Positions 29,020 through 39,160 are shown, counted from the first letter of the whole stretch. The stretch: DNA of 59,876 bases, filler included, from 4 parts of 4 records of this genome joined end to end with filler, not necessarily neighbours in it; one strand, 5' to 3'. The notes: generated by a model not told the origin, from the letters alone. Program-made: numbers and translations.

Positions 29020-29137
29020 GAAAATTCAAACTTTACATCTCCATTCGTCCAGTTTTTAACATTTTTACAAGACTATTATCAGGTTGAATCAACTATATTT
29101 GTTGCGGACAATTTTAAAAACGACAACAACTCATAGT

Positions 29138-30766
29138 ATGAATAGTATCTTCAAAACCTTACTCATCATATCATTTTTGATATCGAATACCTTATATTTA
29201 AGTGCACAACGAACTCGTAAAATTCCATCGGAGAAACCAAAATTAGTAGTAGGTATTGTGGTTGATCATTTGCGTCCCGATTACTATTTTAGATATTCGA
29301 ATTTAATAGGTGAAAGAGGCTTTAAACGATTGATGAATCAGGGAACTTATTGTAAGAATACCAAGTTTAGCTACCTGTATTCACAAACCGGTCCCGATCA
29401 TGCTACCATTTTTACCGGAACACCTCCTTCACATCATGGAATTATTTCGCATGGATGGTACAATCGATTATCAGGAGAATTGAATATGGCTAATGATGAT
29501 GAAAATTCGAACTTGGTTGGTGTTGCTTCAAATGAAAAAGGCAAGTCTCCTAAGAATTTACTGGCTCCGACCATTGGTGATGAAATCAAATTATTCAATC
29601 ATCATTCAAGAGTTATTGGCATAGGCTTAAATGCCGAGGCAGCTCTTTTTTCTTCTGGTCATGCTGCCGATGGAGCTTATTGGATGGACAATGTATCGGG
29701 TAAATTTATCACATCTTCACATTATCAGGATACCATTTACAATTGGGTGAATGTTTTTAATGAGAAAAAATTCGCTGATTTTTATATGGATCGCGTTTGG
29801 ACTCCTTTCGATGGAGAAAGTAAACCAACTGTATCCGATAAGTTATTGGGAAAAGTCGGATTAAACACAGAATTTTTCTACGATTTAAATAAAGAAAAGA
29901 GAACTTTTGGCTACAAAGCAATTAAAGCAACACCATTTGGAAACATGTTGGTGAAAGATTTTGCAATTGCAGCTATTATTAATGAGAATTTAGGTCGCGA
30001 CGATGATGCTGATTTTCTTTCATTAACTTTTTCATGTTTGGATTACAAACACAGAGAATTTTCTCCTTTTGCTCCTGAAATGGTTGATAATTTTGTGAGA
30101 TTAGACAGAGAGATTGAACATTTCCTTGATTTTCTGGATGAGCAAATTGGTTTGGAAAATGTTTTGGTGTTCTTAACAGCTGATCAATCGGCAAATTATA
30201 CTCCTGACAATTTAAAGGCTCAGAATATTCCGAATGGATATTTCAGCTCGTATAATGCCATGGCTCTTTTGAAATCATACTTGAATGTTGTGTATGGAAA
30301 TGGAGAGTGGATTTTAGGATACGATTCGCAACAGGTGTATTTAAATCATGAACTGATAGAAGATTCAAAATTGTCCTTGGAAGATATGCAAGTGAAAGCT
30401 GCCAATTTCTTAATTCAGTTTACTGGAGTTGCCAATACCATTACTGCAAATAGTTTGATCAAGACGAATTATACTCATGGTATCAAACAAAAAGTACAAC
30501 GCTCGTTCAATCAAAAACGTTCGGGAGATGTAATGATTACTCTTGAACCAGGATGGATGCATAAAACCAAAGACGAGAGAGATGAGATTGCACAATACAG
30601 CTACACCAATCAGGTTCCTTTGTTTTGGTTTGGTTGGAAAATTAAGCGATCAACAATTACTCGCTCTGTTCAAGTAGAGGATATTGTACCTACAATTTCT
30701 AATTTTCTGAATATTTCCATTCCAGCAGGCTGCGATGGAAATCCAATTGAAGAGTTGACTCAGTAA
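29138..30766 (+). CDS. PafA-type alkaline phosphatase family protein with a degenerate active site
   Basis: PKLVVGIVVD, GFKRLM, T.P.HATIFTG, GHAADGAYW, TPFGN, RSGDV, VPLFWFG; several metal ligands substituted. Confidence 0.88.
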   Translation: MNSIFKTLLIISFLISNTLYLSAQRTRKIPSEKPKLVVGIVVDHLRPDYYFRYSNLIGERGFKRLMNQGTYCKNTKFSYLYSQTGPDHATIFTGTPPSHHGIISHGWYNRLSGELNMANDDENSNLVGVASNEKGKSPKNLLAPTIGDEIKLFNHHSRVIGIGLNAEAALFSSGHAADGAYWMDNVSGKFITSSHYQDTIYNWVNVFNEKKFADFYMDRVWTPFDGESKPTVSDKLLGKVGLNTEFFYDLNKEKRTFGYKAIKATPFGNMLVKDFAIAAIINENLGRDDDADFLSLTFSCLDYKHREFSPFAPEMVDNFVRLDREIEHFLDFLDEQIGLENVLVFLTADQSANYTPDNLKAQNIPNGYFSSYNAMALLKSYLNVVYGNGEWILGYDSQQVYLNHELIEDSKLSLEDMQVKAANFLIQFTGVANTITANSLIKTNYTHGIKQKVQRSFNQKRSGDVMITLEPGWMHKTKDERDEIAQYSYTNQVPLFWFGWKIKRSTITRSVQVEDIVPTISNFLNISIPAGCDGNPIEELTQ

Positions 30767-30777
30767 CTAATACAGCT

Positions 30778-31125
30778 ATGATTTCAGAGAATTATATTAC
30801 AGCTTTTGGTTTAATCATTTTTGGAATTCTAATTGGTTTTGGGATAAAAATGATTTATGAGGTTTTATTTAAAGGATTTACATCTGAAATAAATAAATAT
30901 TTTCAAGATCTTGATCAATCAGTAATTAGAATTAGGAAATCTACTGATAAAGATAAAAAACCGTTTAATTCAGATATTCGATCTATTAGACCCTTTTCAT
31001 TAGGGGCAAGAACTGTTTATAAATATCGAATAATAGAAACAGAAGATAAAAAGGGGATTAGAAGGAAGTATATGCTTCAAGTTACGATAAGATATCTACG
31101 AAAACCTAGATTGGATTACAAGTAA
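30778..31125 (+). CDS. Hypothetical basic protein with an N-terminal TM helix
   Basis: 115-aa ORF 11 nt after the pafA-like gene; no motif recognised. Confidence 0.6.
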   Translation: MISENYITAFGLIIFGILIGFGIKMIYEVLFKGFTSEINKYFQDLDQSVIRIRKSTDKDKKPFNSDIRSIRPFSLGARTVYKYRIIETEDKKGIRRKYMLQVTIRYLRKPRLDYK

Positions 31126-31156
31126 CAAATAGAATTATACGGTTTACAGGCGATGT

Positions 31157-31786
31157 TTATTTTAAGGAATAAACCAACAAATACTCATCAAACTGTAAAT
31201 ACTCAAAAGTGAATTTCTCTGAGAAATCTGCTCGATTAACTTCACCAGTAAATCTTTTATCGCTTGGTTGAAATGCATTAATTTTTAGTTCATCAATCAA
31301 GTGAACATCCTTTTTTCCGTAAAGTTTAATCAAGCACTCCTTGGCACACCAATGTTGGTACAAATGCAAAGTTTTATCCGTTTCTGAAATGTTTTCCAAT
31401 TCCTTTTCAGAAAGAAAACGTGGAGCTATTCTGTGTACTCTATCTGATAAATATTCCATATCAAGTGCATGAACATGGGGTTTGCTTAAAAGGATAGCAA
31501 CAAAGTTCTTGGTATGGGTAATGCTTATTTTAAGATCAGAGTTGATTAGGTGTGGTTTTCCATGTTTATCGTTATAAGCCTGCACATCCGATCTCAGACA
31601 CTGTTGAATTAAAATTCGAGTACACAAAAACTCTTTTTTTCTCGATTCGCTACCGAATTTCTCAAATTTTTGTCTGTCGGTATCGTTAAGGTTAACCAAT
31701 TGAAGAAGTTCATTCAAACTTTCATCTATTTTCCAGATGAACAGATCGCAATCGGTGTGAATTGATATGTGTTTAAAAATCGGCAT
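31157..31786 (-). CDS. 4'-phosphopantetheinyl transferase (Sfp-like)
   Basis: GKPHL, ISITHT, ALDME, WCAKECLIK. Confidence 0.9.
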   Translation of the reverse strand: MPIFKHISIHTDCDLFIWKIDESLNELLQLVNLNDTDRQKFEKFGSESRKKEFLCTRILIQQCLRSDVQAYNDKHGKPHLINSDLKISITHTKNFVAILLSKPHVHALDMEYLSDRVHRIAPRFLSEKELENISETDKTLHLYQHWCAKECLIKLYGKKDVHLIDELKINAFQPSDKRFTGEVNRADFSEKFTFEYLQFDEYLLVYSLK

Positions 31787-31793
31787 TCTTAGA

Positions 31794-32375
31794 TTATTTC
31801 CATTTAAGAGATTTGATTAATCTTACCATATCCTGATCGATGTAATTGATCACGGGAGCTAAAGAATCTTGATTGGGATGTTGTTTAAAATATAATGCAC
31901 CTCTTAAAAAATGTTTTGTACTATCTGTGGCAACAAATTGAACCGATGAGGCTGCATTTCCTTTTATTCTGTAGATTAAAGCATAAACTTTATTGTCATG
32001 ATTCAGGTAAGCCTGTTCACCAATTGCATCAGCTTTTATACTGTGTTTGTATGCCATTTTTCTTGAATCTTCAAGATAGTCTTCAATGTTGTTGTCAACT
32101 TTTTTATAGCTCAGATGAATGGTTGCTTTGTATTCAGGATATTGAATGTTTAACCAATGCTCTTCTGCACCTTTCGATTTATCTTTTGTAATTTTTGCGA
32201 AGTTCAAAACATCAAAACTGCAAGGATAATCCTCATTCCAATTCTGATACTGCTTTTGAGGCATATCAATTCGAAAGTAACCTTTAGGTCGTGGAGTATG
32301 TTTTTTCTTGCATGAGATCTGACTTACTGCAATACCTAAAAGAAGTAGCAAGAAGATAAATTTATTCAATTTCAT
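31794..32375 (-). CDS. gldD: Gliding motility lipoprotein GldD
   Basis: Lipobox ISC; PRPKGYFRID, GNAASSVQF.ATDSTKHFLRGALYF, DSLAP. Confidence 0.93.
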   Translation of the reverse strand: MKLNKFIFLLLLLGIAVSQISCKKKHTPRPKGYFRIDMPQKQYQNWNEDYPCSFDVLNFAKITKDKSKGAEEHWLNIQYPEYKATIHLSYKKVDNNIEDYLEDSRKMAYKHSIKADAIGEQAYLNHDNKVYALIYRIKGNAASSVQFVATDSTKHFLRGALYFKQHPNQDSLAPVINYIDQDMVRLIKSLKWK

Positions 32376-32426
32376 AAATAGACAATTGAGAGTGGAAAAG
32401 TATTCACATTATAATATGAGGTGAAA

Positions 32427-33770
32427 TTACTGCTTAACGCCGACTTTTGGAGGCAGAAAGCGAATTTTCTTTATTCTTCTGTTATCAACAGCTTCAACAA
32501 TAAATCGATAGGATTCATAGGTGAACTCTTCTTTTTTCTGAGGAATTTCTCCTTTTATTTCAAGTAGTAAACCTGCCAAGGTATCAGCATCACCCTTAAC
32601 ATTTTCGAAAATATCAGAGTCAAGATCAACAATTTTAAAGAAATCGTTTAAAAGAGTTTTTCCTTCGAACAGATAAGAACCATCTTTTTCAAGAGTATAA
32701 GTGTCCTTTTCTTCATCCGATTCATCGGTTATGTCACCAATAATCTCTTCAAGTATATCTTCCATAGTGATAATGCCAGATGTTCCGCCATACTCATCAA
32801 CCACAATTGCCATATGGTTTTTCTGAGTTTGGAATTCTTCCAAAAGATCATTTATCTTTTTTGTTTCAGGTACATAATAAGGAGGTCGAATGATGGATTG
32901 CCAACGAAATGTGTTTGGTTTGTGATGATGAGGTAAAAGATCTTTTACATACAATATACCGCGCACGCTGTCGAAAGTCCCATCGTAAACAGGGATTCGG
33001 GAATAACCTGATTCGATAATAGTAGATTTCACCTTACCAAAACCATCTCGAACATCCATGGCAATGACATCAACTCTCGACTTCATAATTTCTTCCACAT
33101 TAATGTTTCCAAAATTTACGATTCCTTCCAGAATTTCCATCTCTTCAGTTATTTCATCGGCAGTAAGTTCTAACGCTTGAGATAAATCGCCCATTGAAAT
33201 ATTCTGCTTTTTCGAAATCCGTTTGTTTACTATCGAAGTCGATTTTATTAATATCACCGAAAGTGGTCGAAATATTTTCTCTAGGTAAAACAATGGGAAC
33301 GCCATGAACTTTGAGAAACGAACCGAAGTTTGTGTGGCATATACTTTAGGTATAATCTCGCCAAATAGTAAAAGCAGGAAAGTAATAATTACAACTTGTA
33401 CAATAAATCCGATGGTTTCGGCATTCGAGAAATCAACCAATGAGTTGGTTATGAAGCTGGATAGTATTACAATTCCGACATTAACAAAGTTGTTTGCTAT
33501 AAGTATTGTTGCCAATAGCTGTTCCGGCATTCTCAAAAGTTTGAGTAAATGCTTATTCTTGGTTTTATCCTCAGCTTCGATATCGTTAACTTGCTGAGGA
33601 GATAAAGAAAAAAGCGCAACCTCAGAACCAGAGATCAGAGCCGAACAAAATAAAAGAAGTACCATTACAAATAAGCTTGCAATGGTACTTATGCTTAAAG
33701 AATGAAAAACAATATTTGAATTGTTTAAAAAAAGTGTTGAAAAACTTTCAGTTTCCAATTTTGTATTCAA
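32427..33770 (-). CDS. gldE: Gliding motility-associated protein GldE (CNNM/CBS/CorC)
   Basis: SGSEVALFSL, LFGEIIPK, SGYSRIPVY, VVDEYGGTSG; directly upstream of gldD. Confidence 0.92.
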   Translation of the reverse strand: MNTKLETESFSTLFLNNSNIVFHSLSISTIASLFVMVLLLFCSALISGSEVALFSLSPQQVNDIEAEDKTKNKHLLKLLRMPEQLLATILIANNFVNVGIVILSSFITNSLVDFSNAETIGFIVQVVIITFLLLLFGEIIPKVYATQTSVRFSKFMAFPLFYLEKIFRPLSVILIKSTSIVNKRISKKQNISMGDLSQALELTADEITEEMEILEGIVNFGNINVEEIMKSRVDVIAMDVRDGFGKVKSTIIESGYSRIPVYDGTFDSVRGILYVKDLLPHHHKPNTFRWQSIIRPPYYVPETKKINDLLEEFQTQKNHMAIVVDEYGGTSGIITMEDILEEIIGDITDESDEEKDTYTLEKDGSYLFEGKTLLNDFFKIVDLDSDIFENVKGDADTLAGLLLEIKGEIPQKKEEFTYESYRFIVEAVDNRRIKKIRFLPPKVGVKQ

Positions 33771-33789
33771 TTAGTTTACACCAGGATAA

Positions 33790-34218
33790 TTAGAATGGAA
33801 GATCATCAGTTTCTTCCTCAGCAGTATCGGCTGTTGATGCTGCAGGTTGAGTTGTTTCAGAAGTAGTTTGCTGAGAAGTAGCTTCATTGTCAGCTTTGCG
33901 ACCTAGCATTTGCATGTTAGTTGCCATTACTTCAGTGATATATTTTTTATTACCATCCTGATCTTCCCAGGATCTGGTTCTTAAACTACCTTCGATATAT
34001 AGTTGCATACCTTTTTTAACGTAGTTTTCAGCAACCTTTGCCAATCCACGCCAAAGAACAACATTATGCCATTCGGTTTGTGTAACCTTTTCATTGTTTT
34101 TTGTATAGGTTTCACTTGTTGCTAAAGGAAAATTACAAACACTAACGTCATTATCGAAGTACTTAACTTCCGGATCTTTACCGACGTTACCTACTAGAAT
34201 TACTTTGTTTACAGACAT
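33790..34218 (-). CDS. ssb: Single-stranded DNA-binding protein
   Basis: VNKVILVGNVGKDPE, TEWHNVV, C-terminal DDLPF. Confidence 0.98.
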   Translation of the reverse strand: MSVNKVILVGNVGKDPEVKYFDNDVSVCNFPLATSETYTKNNEKVTQTEWHNVVLWRGLAKVAENYVKKGMQLYIEGSLRTRSWEDQDGNKKYITEVMATNMQMLGRKADNEATSQQTTSETTQPAASTADTAEEETDDLPF

Positions 34219-34294
34219 TATAATTGATTTTTTTAATTAACAATAGTTTAAAGATACAAAATAATAACTTGCATCATAATATGTTGGTATACTT

Positions 34295-35338
34295 TTATTT
34301 ACTGATTATTTCCAAATGATTTTCAATCAGTTTTGGAAAAGGATATTTCTCTGCTTCTTCCATTGAAATAAAAACAAGATCATTTTTAGCTAATTCTTCT
34401 TTAACTGTGATATGAACAAAACTAGCATGAATGTGCTGATGACTCAATTTGTGTACTATTGGTTTTGTTTGGCTATTAATAACCGCTGTACTATTTTTTA
34501 AATACAAATTCCATTTTTCAGTTTTCATCAAATCGTGATGTTCTACTGGATGATCCGTCTCAATTAAAGGAAATTGGTACATGTTTTCCCATATGTCTTT
34601 CCCTTCTCTTTTTTCAATGGCAAATCGACCCGAGCAAGATAGGAACAAATAGTAAAAATATCGATTTTTCGTTTTAATTTGTTTGCTCTTTTTAGGCAAT
34701 ACCTCAATCATTTGATTCTTATGAGCAAAACAATTAGCAAGTAGCGGACAAGATTCGCAGTTGGGTGATTTAGGAGTACATTGTAAAGCTCCAAATTCTA
34801 TTATTGCTTGATTGTACACTTCTGGAATAGCATCGCCCATGGTTTCAGTAGCCAATTGCTGAAAAAGTTTTTTTCCTTTTCCACTGTCAATAGGTGTTTC
34901 TATACCATATATACGTGATAATACTCTAAAAACATTTCCATCTAAAACTGCATGAGGTAAATTGTAAGCGAAAGATGAAATGGCAGCAGCAGTATATGTT
35001 CCAATTCCTTTTAATGTAAGTATACTATTATAGGAGTCGGGAAATATGCCTTTGTGTTCTTTTACTATTGTTTTTGCGGCAAAATGTAAATTTCTTGCTC
35101 GTGAATAGTAACCAAGTCCTTGCCAAAGATTTAGAACCTCTTGTTCATCAGCATTAGCCAAATCTTTAACTGTCGGAAATTGAGTTATAAAGCGATTATA
35201 ATAATCTATTGTAGTTGAAACTCTTGTCTGTTGTAGCATGATTTCTGATATCCATATTGAATAGGGATCTTTGGTTTTACGCCATGGAAGATCTCGTTTA
35301 TGTATAGAATACCAGTTTATGATTTGGTTATTAAGCAT
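34295..35338 (-). CDS. mutY: A/G-specific adenine glycosylase
   Basis: RDLPWR, SEIMLQQT, WQGLGYYSRARNL, HhH GIGTYTA, Fe-S motif C-x6-C-x2-C-x5-C. Confidence 0.97.
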   Translation of the reverse strand: MLNNQIINWYSIHKRDLPWRKTKDPYSIWISEIMLQQTRVSTTIDYYNRFITQFPTVKDLANADEQEVLNLWQGLGYYSRARNLHFAAKTIVKEHKGIFPDSYNSILTLKGIGTYTAAAISSFAYNLPHAVLDGNVFRVLSRIYGIETPIDSGKGKKLFQQLATETMGDAIPEVYNQAIIEFGALQCTPKSPNCESCPLLANCFAHKNQMIEVLPKKSKQIKTKNRYFYYLFLSCSGRFAIEKREGKDIWENMYQFPLIETDHPVEHHDLMKTEKWNLYLKNSTAVINSQTKPIVHKLSHQHIHASFVHITVKEELAKNDLVFISMEEAEKYPFPKLIENHLEIISK

Positions 35339-35487
35339 CTCGAAAAAATTGAATGATTCTTTTTTTTTCAAATTTGCGTAAAAATATTTGTTTTCGATTT
35401 CATTAATAACTGGAAATCTTATATATTTGCATTCTGATTTGAGGAAATGATGTTGTAAATAATTGATAATTAAAGATTTTTTAAGAG

Positions 35488-35772
35488 ATGACTAAAGCAG
35501 ATATTGTTAACGAGATTTCTAAAAACACAGGAATTGAGAAAATTACAGTACAAAAGACTGTTGAAGCTTTCATGGATACTATTAAGGGTTCATTGGTAAA
35601 AGGAAAGAATGTGTATTTGAGAGGTTTCGGGAGTTTTATCGTTAAGAAAAGAGTAGAGAAAACTGCAAGAAACATTTCTAAAAACACCACAATTATTATC
35701 CCTGAACACTTTATTCCGGCATTTAAGCCAGCTAAAACTTTTGTGAGTAAAGTGAAAACTAACGTAAAGTAG
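35488..35772 (+). CDS. hup: HU/IHF-family DNA-binding protein
   Basis: MTKADIV, VYLRGFGSF, ARNI, PAFKP; TATATTTG promoter element at 35422-35429. Confidence 0.95.
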   Translation: MTKADIVNEISKNTGIEKITVQKTVEAFMDTIKGSLVKGKNVYLRGFGSFIVKKRVEKTARNISKNTTIIIPEHFIPAFKPAKTFVSKVKTNVK

Positions 35773-35805
35773 TTTTAAGATATTAATTAATTAAAATATT
35801 AAGTT

Positions 35806-35841
35806 ATGCCTAGCGGAAAGAAAAGAAAAAGACATAAGATG
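35806..35841 (+). CDS. Small ribosomal protein bS22 (AURKAIP1/COX24-domain), N-terminal fragment cut by contig end
   Basis: Manual translation MPSGKKRKRHKM, the characteristic Bacteroidota N-terminus. Confidence 0.82.
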
Positions 35842-35941
35842 NNNNNNNNNNNNNNNNNNNNNNNNNNNNNNNNNNNNNNNNNNNNTTAATTAATTAANNN
35901 NNNNNNNNNNNNNNNNNNNNNNNNNNNNNNNNNNNNNNNNN
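35842..35941. other. Artificial contig linker
   Basis: 44 N + TTAATTAATTAA + 44 N. Confidence 0.99.
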
Positions 35942-36433
35942 TTCGGCAACAAGTATCACCGGTTCGTTTTTAATTTTATCAATCCAGTTGAACTCAAATA
36001 CCGATTTAGAAATCTGAAAATATCGGTCTTTTCCCGGGAAAATTTGTTTTTTGATATTCATTATATCGGGCAAATCCAAATCGTAAAATTTAATTTTTCC
36101 ATTATCAATTCGTTCAAAACGGTTATCGAGTCCGCAACCAATGTTTACAACAGAAGCATTCGAATATTTAGCTATAAAATTTGAAATGTATTTATCGTAT
36201 TTTTTTGCCCGTAAAACTGTGTGTTCAACCAGGCTGGATTTTATGTTGTTTTGAAAAAGATTTTTATGTAACCGGCTGTCTGATTTCGAAAAATAATTTT
36301 TTAGTAATTCAACGGTTTTAACTGAACTTGTGTCGTTTAATACTGGTTTTTCTGATTGAGCATCAATAGAATGACATTGAAGCGTTAGAAATGCGGTTTG
36401 AGAAATGTCGTTGATGTTTATGTTCAGTTTCAT
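35942..36433 (-). CDS. Class I SAM-dependent methyltransferase (LCM/TcmP-like), 3' truncated
   Basis: VVNIGCGLDNRFERIDNG, FYDLDLPD, VILVAE; probable start MKLNIN at 36433. Confidence 0.88.
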
Positions 36434-36479
36434 AAGTGTTTTATTTATTGGTTCATGGTTGTATTTTAAATTACAAATT

Positions 36480-36839
36480 TTAAATAATACATTGAATAAT
36501 TTCATCTGTATTTTCAGTTAATTTAACGGTAACTCCTGAAATACTAATTCGTGGTGAAGCAGAATTTATTATAATTGTTTTTACATGAATTATTGCATCG
36601 GCTCCCTGTTTCGCGGCTTTCTTTTTTAAGCATTCTAAAGCAGTATTGCCATTCCCATTTTTTTCGACTCCGACAAGTCCAATAACCTCATATTTCATAT
36701 CAATATCTTTTTTAAATATCAATACCTCTTCAGGGATAGTATGTGGGTAAATTTTATTTGCATTTTGCGGGTAATTGGAGTACATGCAACTGGTTAACAG
36801 GGTTAGTGAAACGATTAGTATTCCGGTTATTCTTTTCAT
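36480..36839 (-). CDS. Lipoprotein with a YbjQ-like/heavy-metal-binding-like domain
   Basis: Lipobox LLTSC; YEVIGLV, LKKKAAKQGADAII, ISGVTVK. Confidence 0.75.
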   Translation of the reverse strand: MKRITGILIVSLTLLTSCMYSNYPQNANKIYPHTIPEEVLIFKKDIDMKYEVIGLVGVEKNGNGNTALECLKKKAAKQGADAIIHVKTIIINSASPRISISGVTVKLTENTDEIIQCII

Positions 36840-37013
36840 GGCTTTTTGTTTTATTTTTTATTCAATTCAATTTTGTATTACAAAGTTGTAATGAAACCCA
36901 TAGGATTTTATCACCCGGAAGGGTGATTTAGTGGGTGAATAAATAATCTAATCATTGTTTTTTTGAAGAGACTCATAATTGAAATTTAAAAAACAGCTTT
37001 CAGAATTTAATAG

Positions 37014-38003
37014 TTACGAATTGTTTTTATGTTTAATACAGACCGTTACATGGCCTTTTTTATGACCGGTATCTACATATCGGTGTGCCTCAACCATTTG
37101 GTCCAGTGTATATTGTTTGTCGATTACAGTTTTGATTTTTTTGGCTTCAATAAGATTTTTCAGGTATTCCAGGTTTTCTGCAGTGTAAACAGCTACTCCT
37201 CCAATTGCTTTTTTTGAACTGGTAGCAGAAGCTTTTATTCCATCTATAATGCGGGGAAAATCTAAATGCACTGCAGAAAAATAGCGTCCTTTTTCTTTTA
37301 AAATACCAAAACATTCTTTAATAGGAGCTTTTCCAACTGTATCAAAAATTACATCATATTTTTTTTGGCTTTGAGACAGTGTATTTTTTGTATAGTCAAT
37401 AATTTGGTCGGCGCCCAACGATTTTACCATTTCTAAATTTGTGGTACTGCAAACACCCGTTACTTCTGCTCCAAATGCTTTGGCAATTTGTACAGCAAAT
37501 GTTCCAATTCCTCCCGATGCTCCGTAAATAAGAACCTTGGTTCCTTTTTGTACTTTTCCTTTTTGAAGATAATATAGGGCAGCCAGTGCACAGTGCGGAA
37601 CTGCAGCTGCTTCTTCAAAAGACATATTTGAAGGTTTTATTGTCATTTCGGCTTTTTCGGGTAAACAGACATATTCGGCGTGTGCACCAAAAGAAGCTCC
37701 GGTAGATGCAAAAATTTCGTCGCCGGTTTTAAAACGGGTAACTTTTTTGCCGGTGGCTTCAATAATTCCGGCCAATTCAACACCCAGTATATTTTTTCTT
37801 GGCCCCTTAAAACCCATGGCAAGTTTTACCGGTAAATTAAAAATAGAAGGAAATACAGCACCACGAATTCGGGCATCGGCACCGTTTACCGTTGTTGCCA
37901 TAATTTTAACAAGTACTTCGTTTTCTTTCGGCTCTGGTTTTTCAACTTCTCTCATTTTAAGAACTTCCGGTGCCCCGTATTTCGTACAAACTATTGCTTT
38001 CAT
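37014..38003 (-). CDS. NAD(P)-dependent MDR-family oxidoreductase (quinone reductase/alcohol dehydrogenase-like)
   Basis: MKAIVCTKYGAPEVL, GAHAEY, LIYGASGGIGTFAVQ, AHRYVDTGHKKG. Confidence 0.93.
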   Translation of the reverse strand: MKAIVCTKYGAPEVLKMREVEKPEPKENEVLVKIMATTVNGADARIRGAVFPSIFNLPVKLAMGFKGPRKNILGVELAGIIEATGKKVTRFKTGDEIFASTGASFGAHAEYVCLPEKAEMTIKPSNMSFEEAAAVPHCALAALYYLQKGKVQKGTKVLIYGASGGIGTFAVQIAKAFGAEVTGVCSTTNLEMVKSLGADQIIDYTKNTLSQSQKKYDVIFDTVGKAPIKECFGILKEKGRYFSAVHLDFPRIIDGIKASATSSKKAIGGVAVYTAENLEYLKNLIEAKKIKTVIDKQYTLDQMVEAHRYVDTGHKKGHVTVCIKHKNNS

Positions 38004-38132
38004 TAGAATTTAATTTGATTAACTTTTTCTTTCTTTTTTATTTATAGGAATTGGTAAAATTCTTCTTCCTTATTTATGGAACTCGTATATAAGATTTATT
38101 CATTTGTTTTTAAATCCGTTAACATGCTCGTT

Positions 38133-38318
38133 TCATGATTTTTCTTTTTCGAACAGTGAAAGAATGGGAGCAATGATTAATCCTGCACCAACTCCGATAA
38201 TAATGGATGCTACAAAAATTAATACTGAAGTTTGCAGGTAAATTAAACCTACTCCTATACCAATCATGGTTGTTCCGCCAATTGCCCAGGAACTTTTTTC
38301 TTCGTTTTTCTTTTTCAT
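38133..38318 (-). CDS. Small two-TM membrane protein
   Basis: 61 aa, Gly-rich helical hairpin, co-oriented with neighbours. Confidence 0.7.
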   Translation of the reverse strand: MKKKNEEKSSWAIGGTTMIGIGVGLIYLQTSVLIFVASIIIGVGAGLIIAPILSLFEKEKS

Positions 38319-38334
38319 TTTTATAGGTTTTTAA

Positions 38335-39063
38335 TTAATTGGATAATTCGATGTTTATTTGTTCAATAATGAATTTGATCTCATTTAAAGCTTTATTATA
38401 TACTTCATCCTTTCCTTTTGTGAGGTATATACTTTCAACCAACATATTTTGTAATTCTACCGAATACAGTTTTTCCGGTTTTACTATTTTTAAAGTGGCA
38501 TAATTAATAACGCCTTTCATTTCGGGCGATAGTTCATTAATGATGATTTCCCAATGAATGTCTTCAAGTTTGTTCAAGTTACTGAAAGTCATTTCCAGCC
38601 GTTGCAGGCTGCCCGTAATTTCGTAGTTCCTAAGTAGTTTTAACTCACCGCTGTTTACAAGAGTTTCATAAATATTTCCACTGCGGTGAAAATCGGAATA
38701 TTGCGAAAGGGTCATACATATGTATGCAAGCGAATCGATTAAATTATGATTTCCCGAAGAAATAATTTGATTGGCCTGTTCATACAATGCCAAATAATAA
38801 TTATTAAAATCTTTGACAACCAATAATTCATTTTTGTCATCAATTATCTGACGCTGAATATTATGATATATTTTTTTCGCTGTTTCCTTTTCAATTCTCT
38901 TTGTGTTCCAGTTATTAATTTGAAGAGCAATTACAATTCCGATTACCAGCAATAGAATTTCACCAAGTGCATAAAAAATGTATCTTACTTTTTGCGATTT
39001 AGGGTTGCCATTTTTTTTATCGGAAAGAATTTTTCTCCGAATATTTTTTAAAAATCGTTTCAT
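38335..39063 (-). CDS. DUF6090-like membrane-anchored helical protein
   Basis: YALGEILLLVIGIVIALQINNWN and YETLVNSGELKLLRN motifs. Confidence 0.8.
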   Translation of the reverse strand: MKRFLKNIRRKILSDKKNGNPKSQKVRYIFYALGEILLLVIGIVIALQINNWNTKRIEKETAKKIYHNIQRQIIDDKNELLVVKDFNNYYLALYEQANQIISSGNHNLIDSLAYICMTLSQYSDFHRSGNIYETLVNSGELKLLRNYEITGSLQRLEMTFSNLNKLEDIHWEIIINELSPEMKGVINYATLKIVKPEKLYSVELQNMLVESIYLTKGKDEVYNKALNEIKFIIEQINIELSN

Positions 39064-39160
39064 TTTAAAAAGCTATTGTAGTTATCTATATAAAATACGA
39101 AAATGATTTGATAAAATGCTGATATTGTTTGTGTTAAACAGGGCGGTTTTCGGTTTTAGT

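Noticed and set aside
35783-35794. TTAATTAATTAA without flanking Ns, a possible hidden contig junction
   Set aside because: No N padding; it lies in an AT-rich 33-nt gap between HU and bS22 that reads as natural sequence
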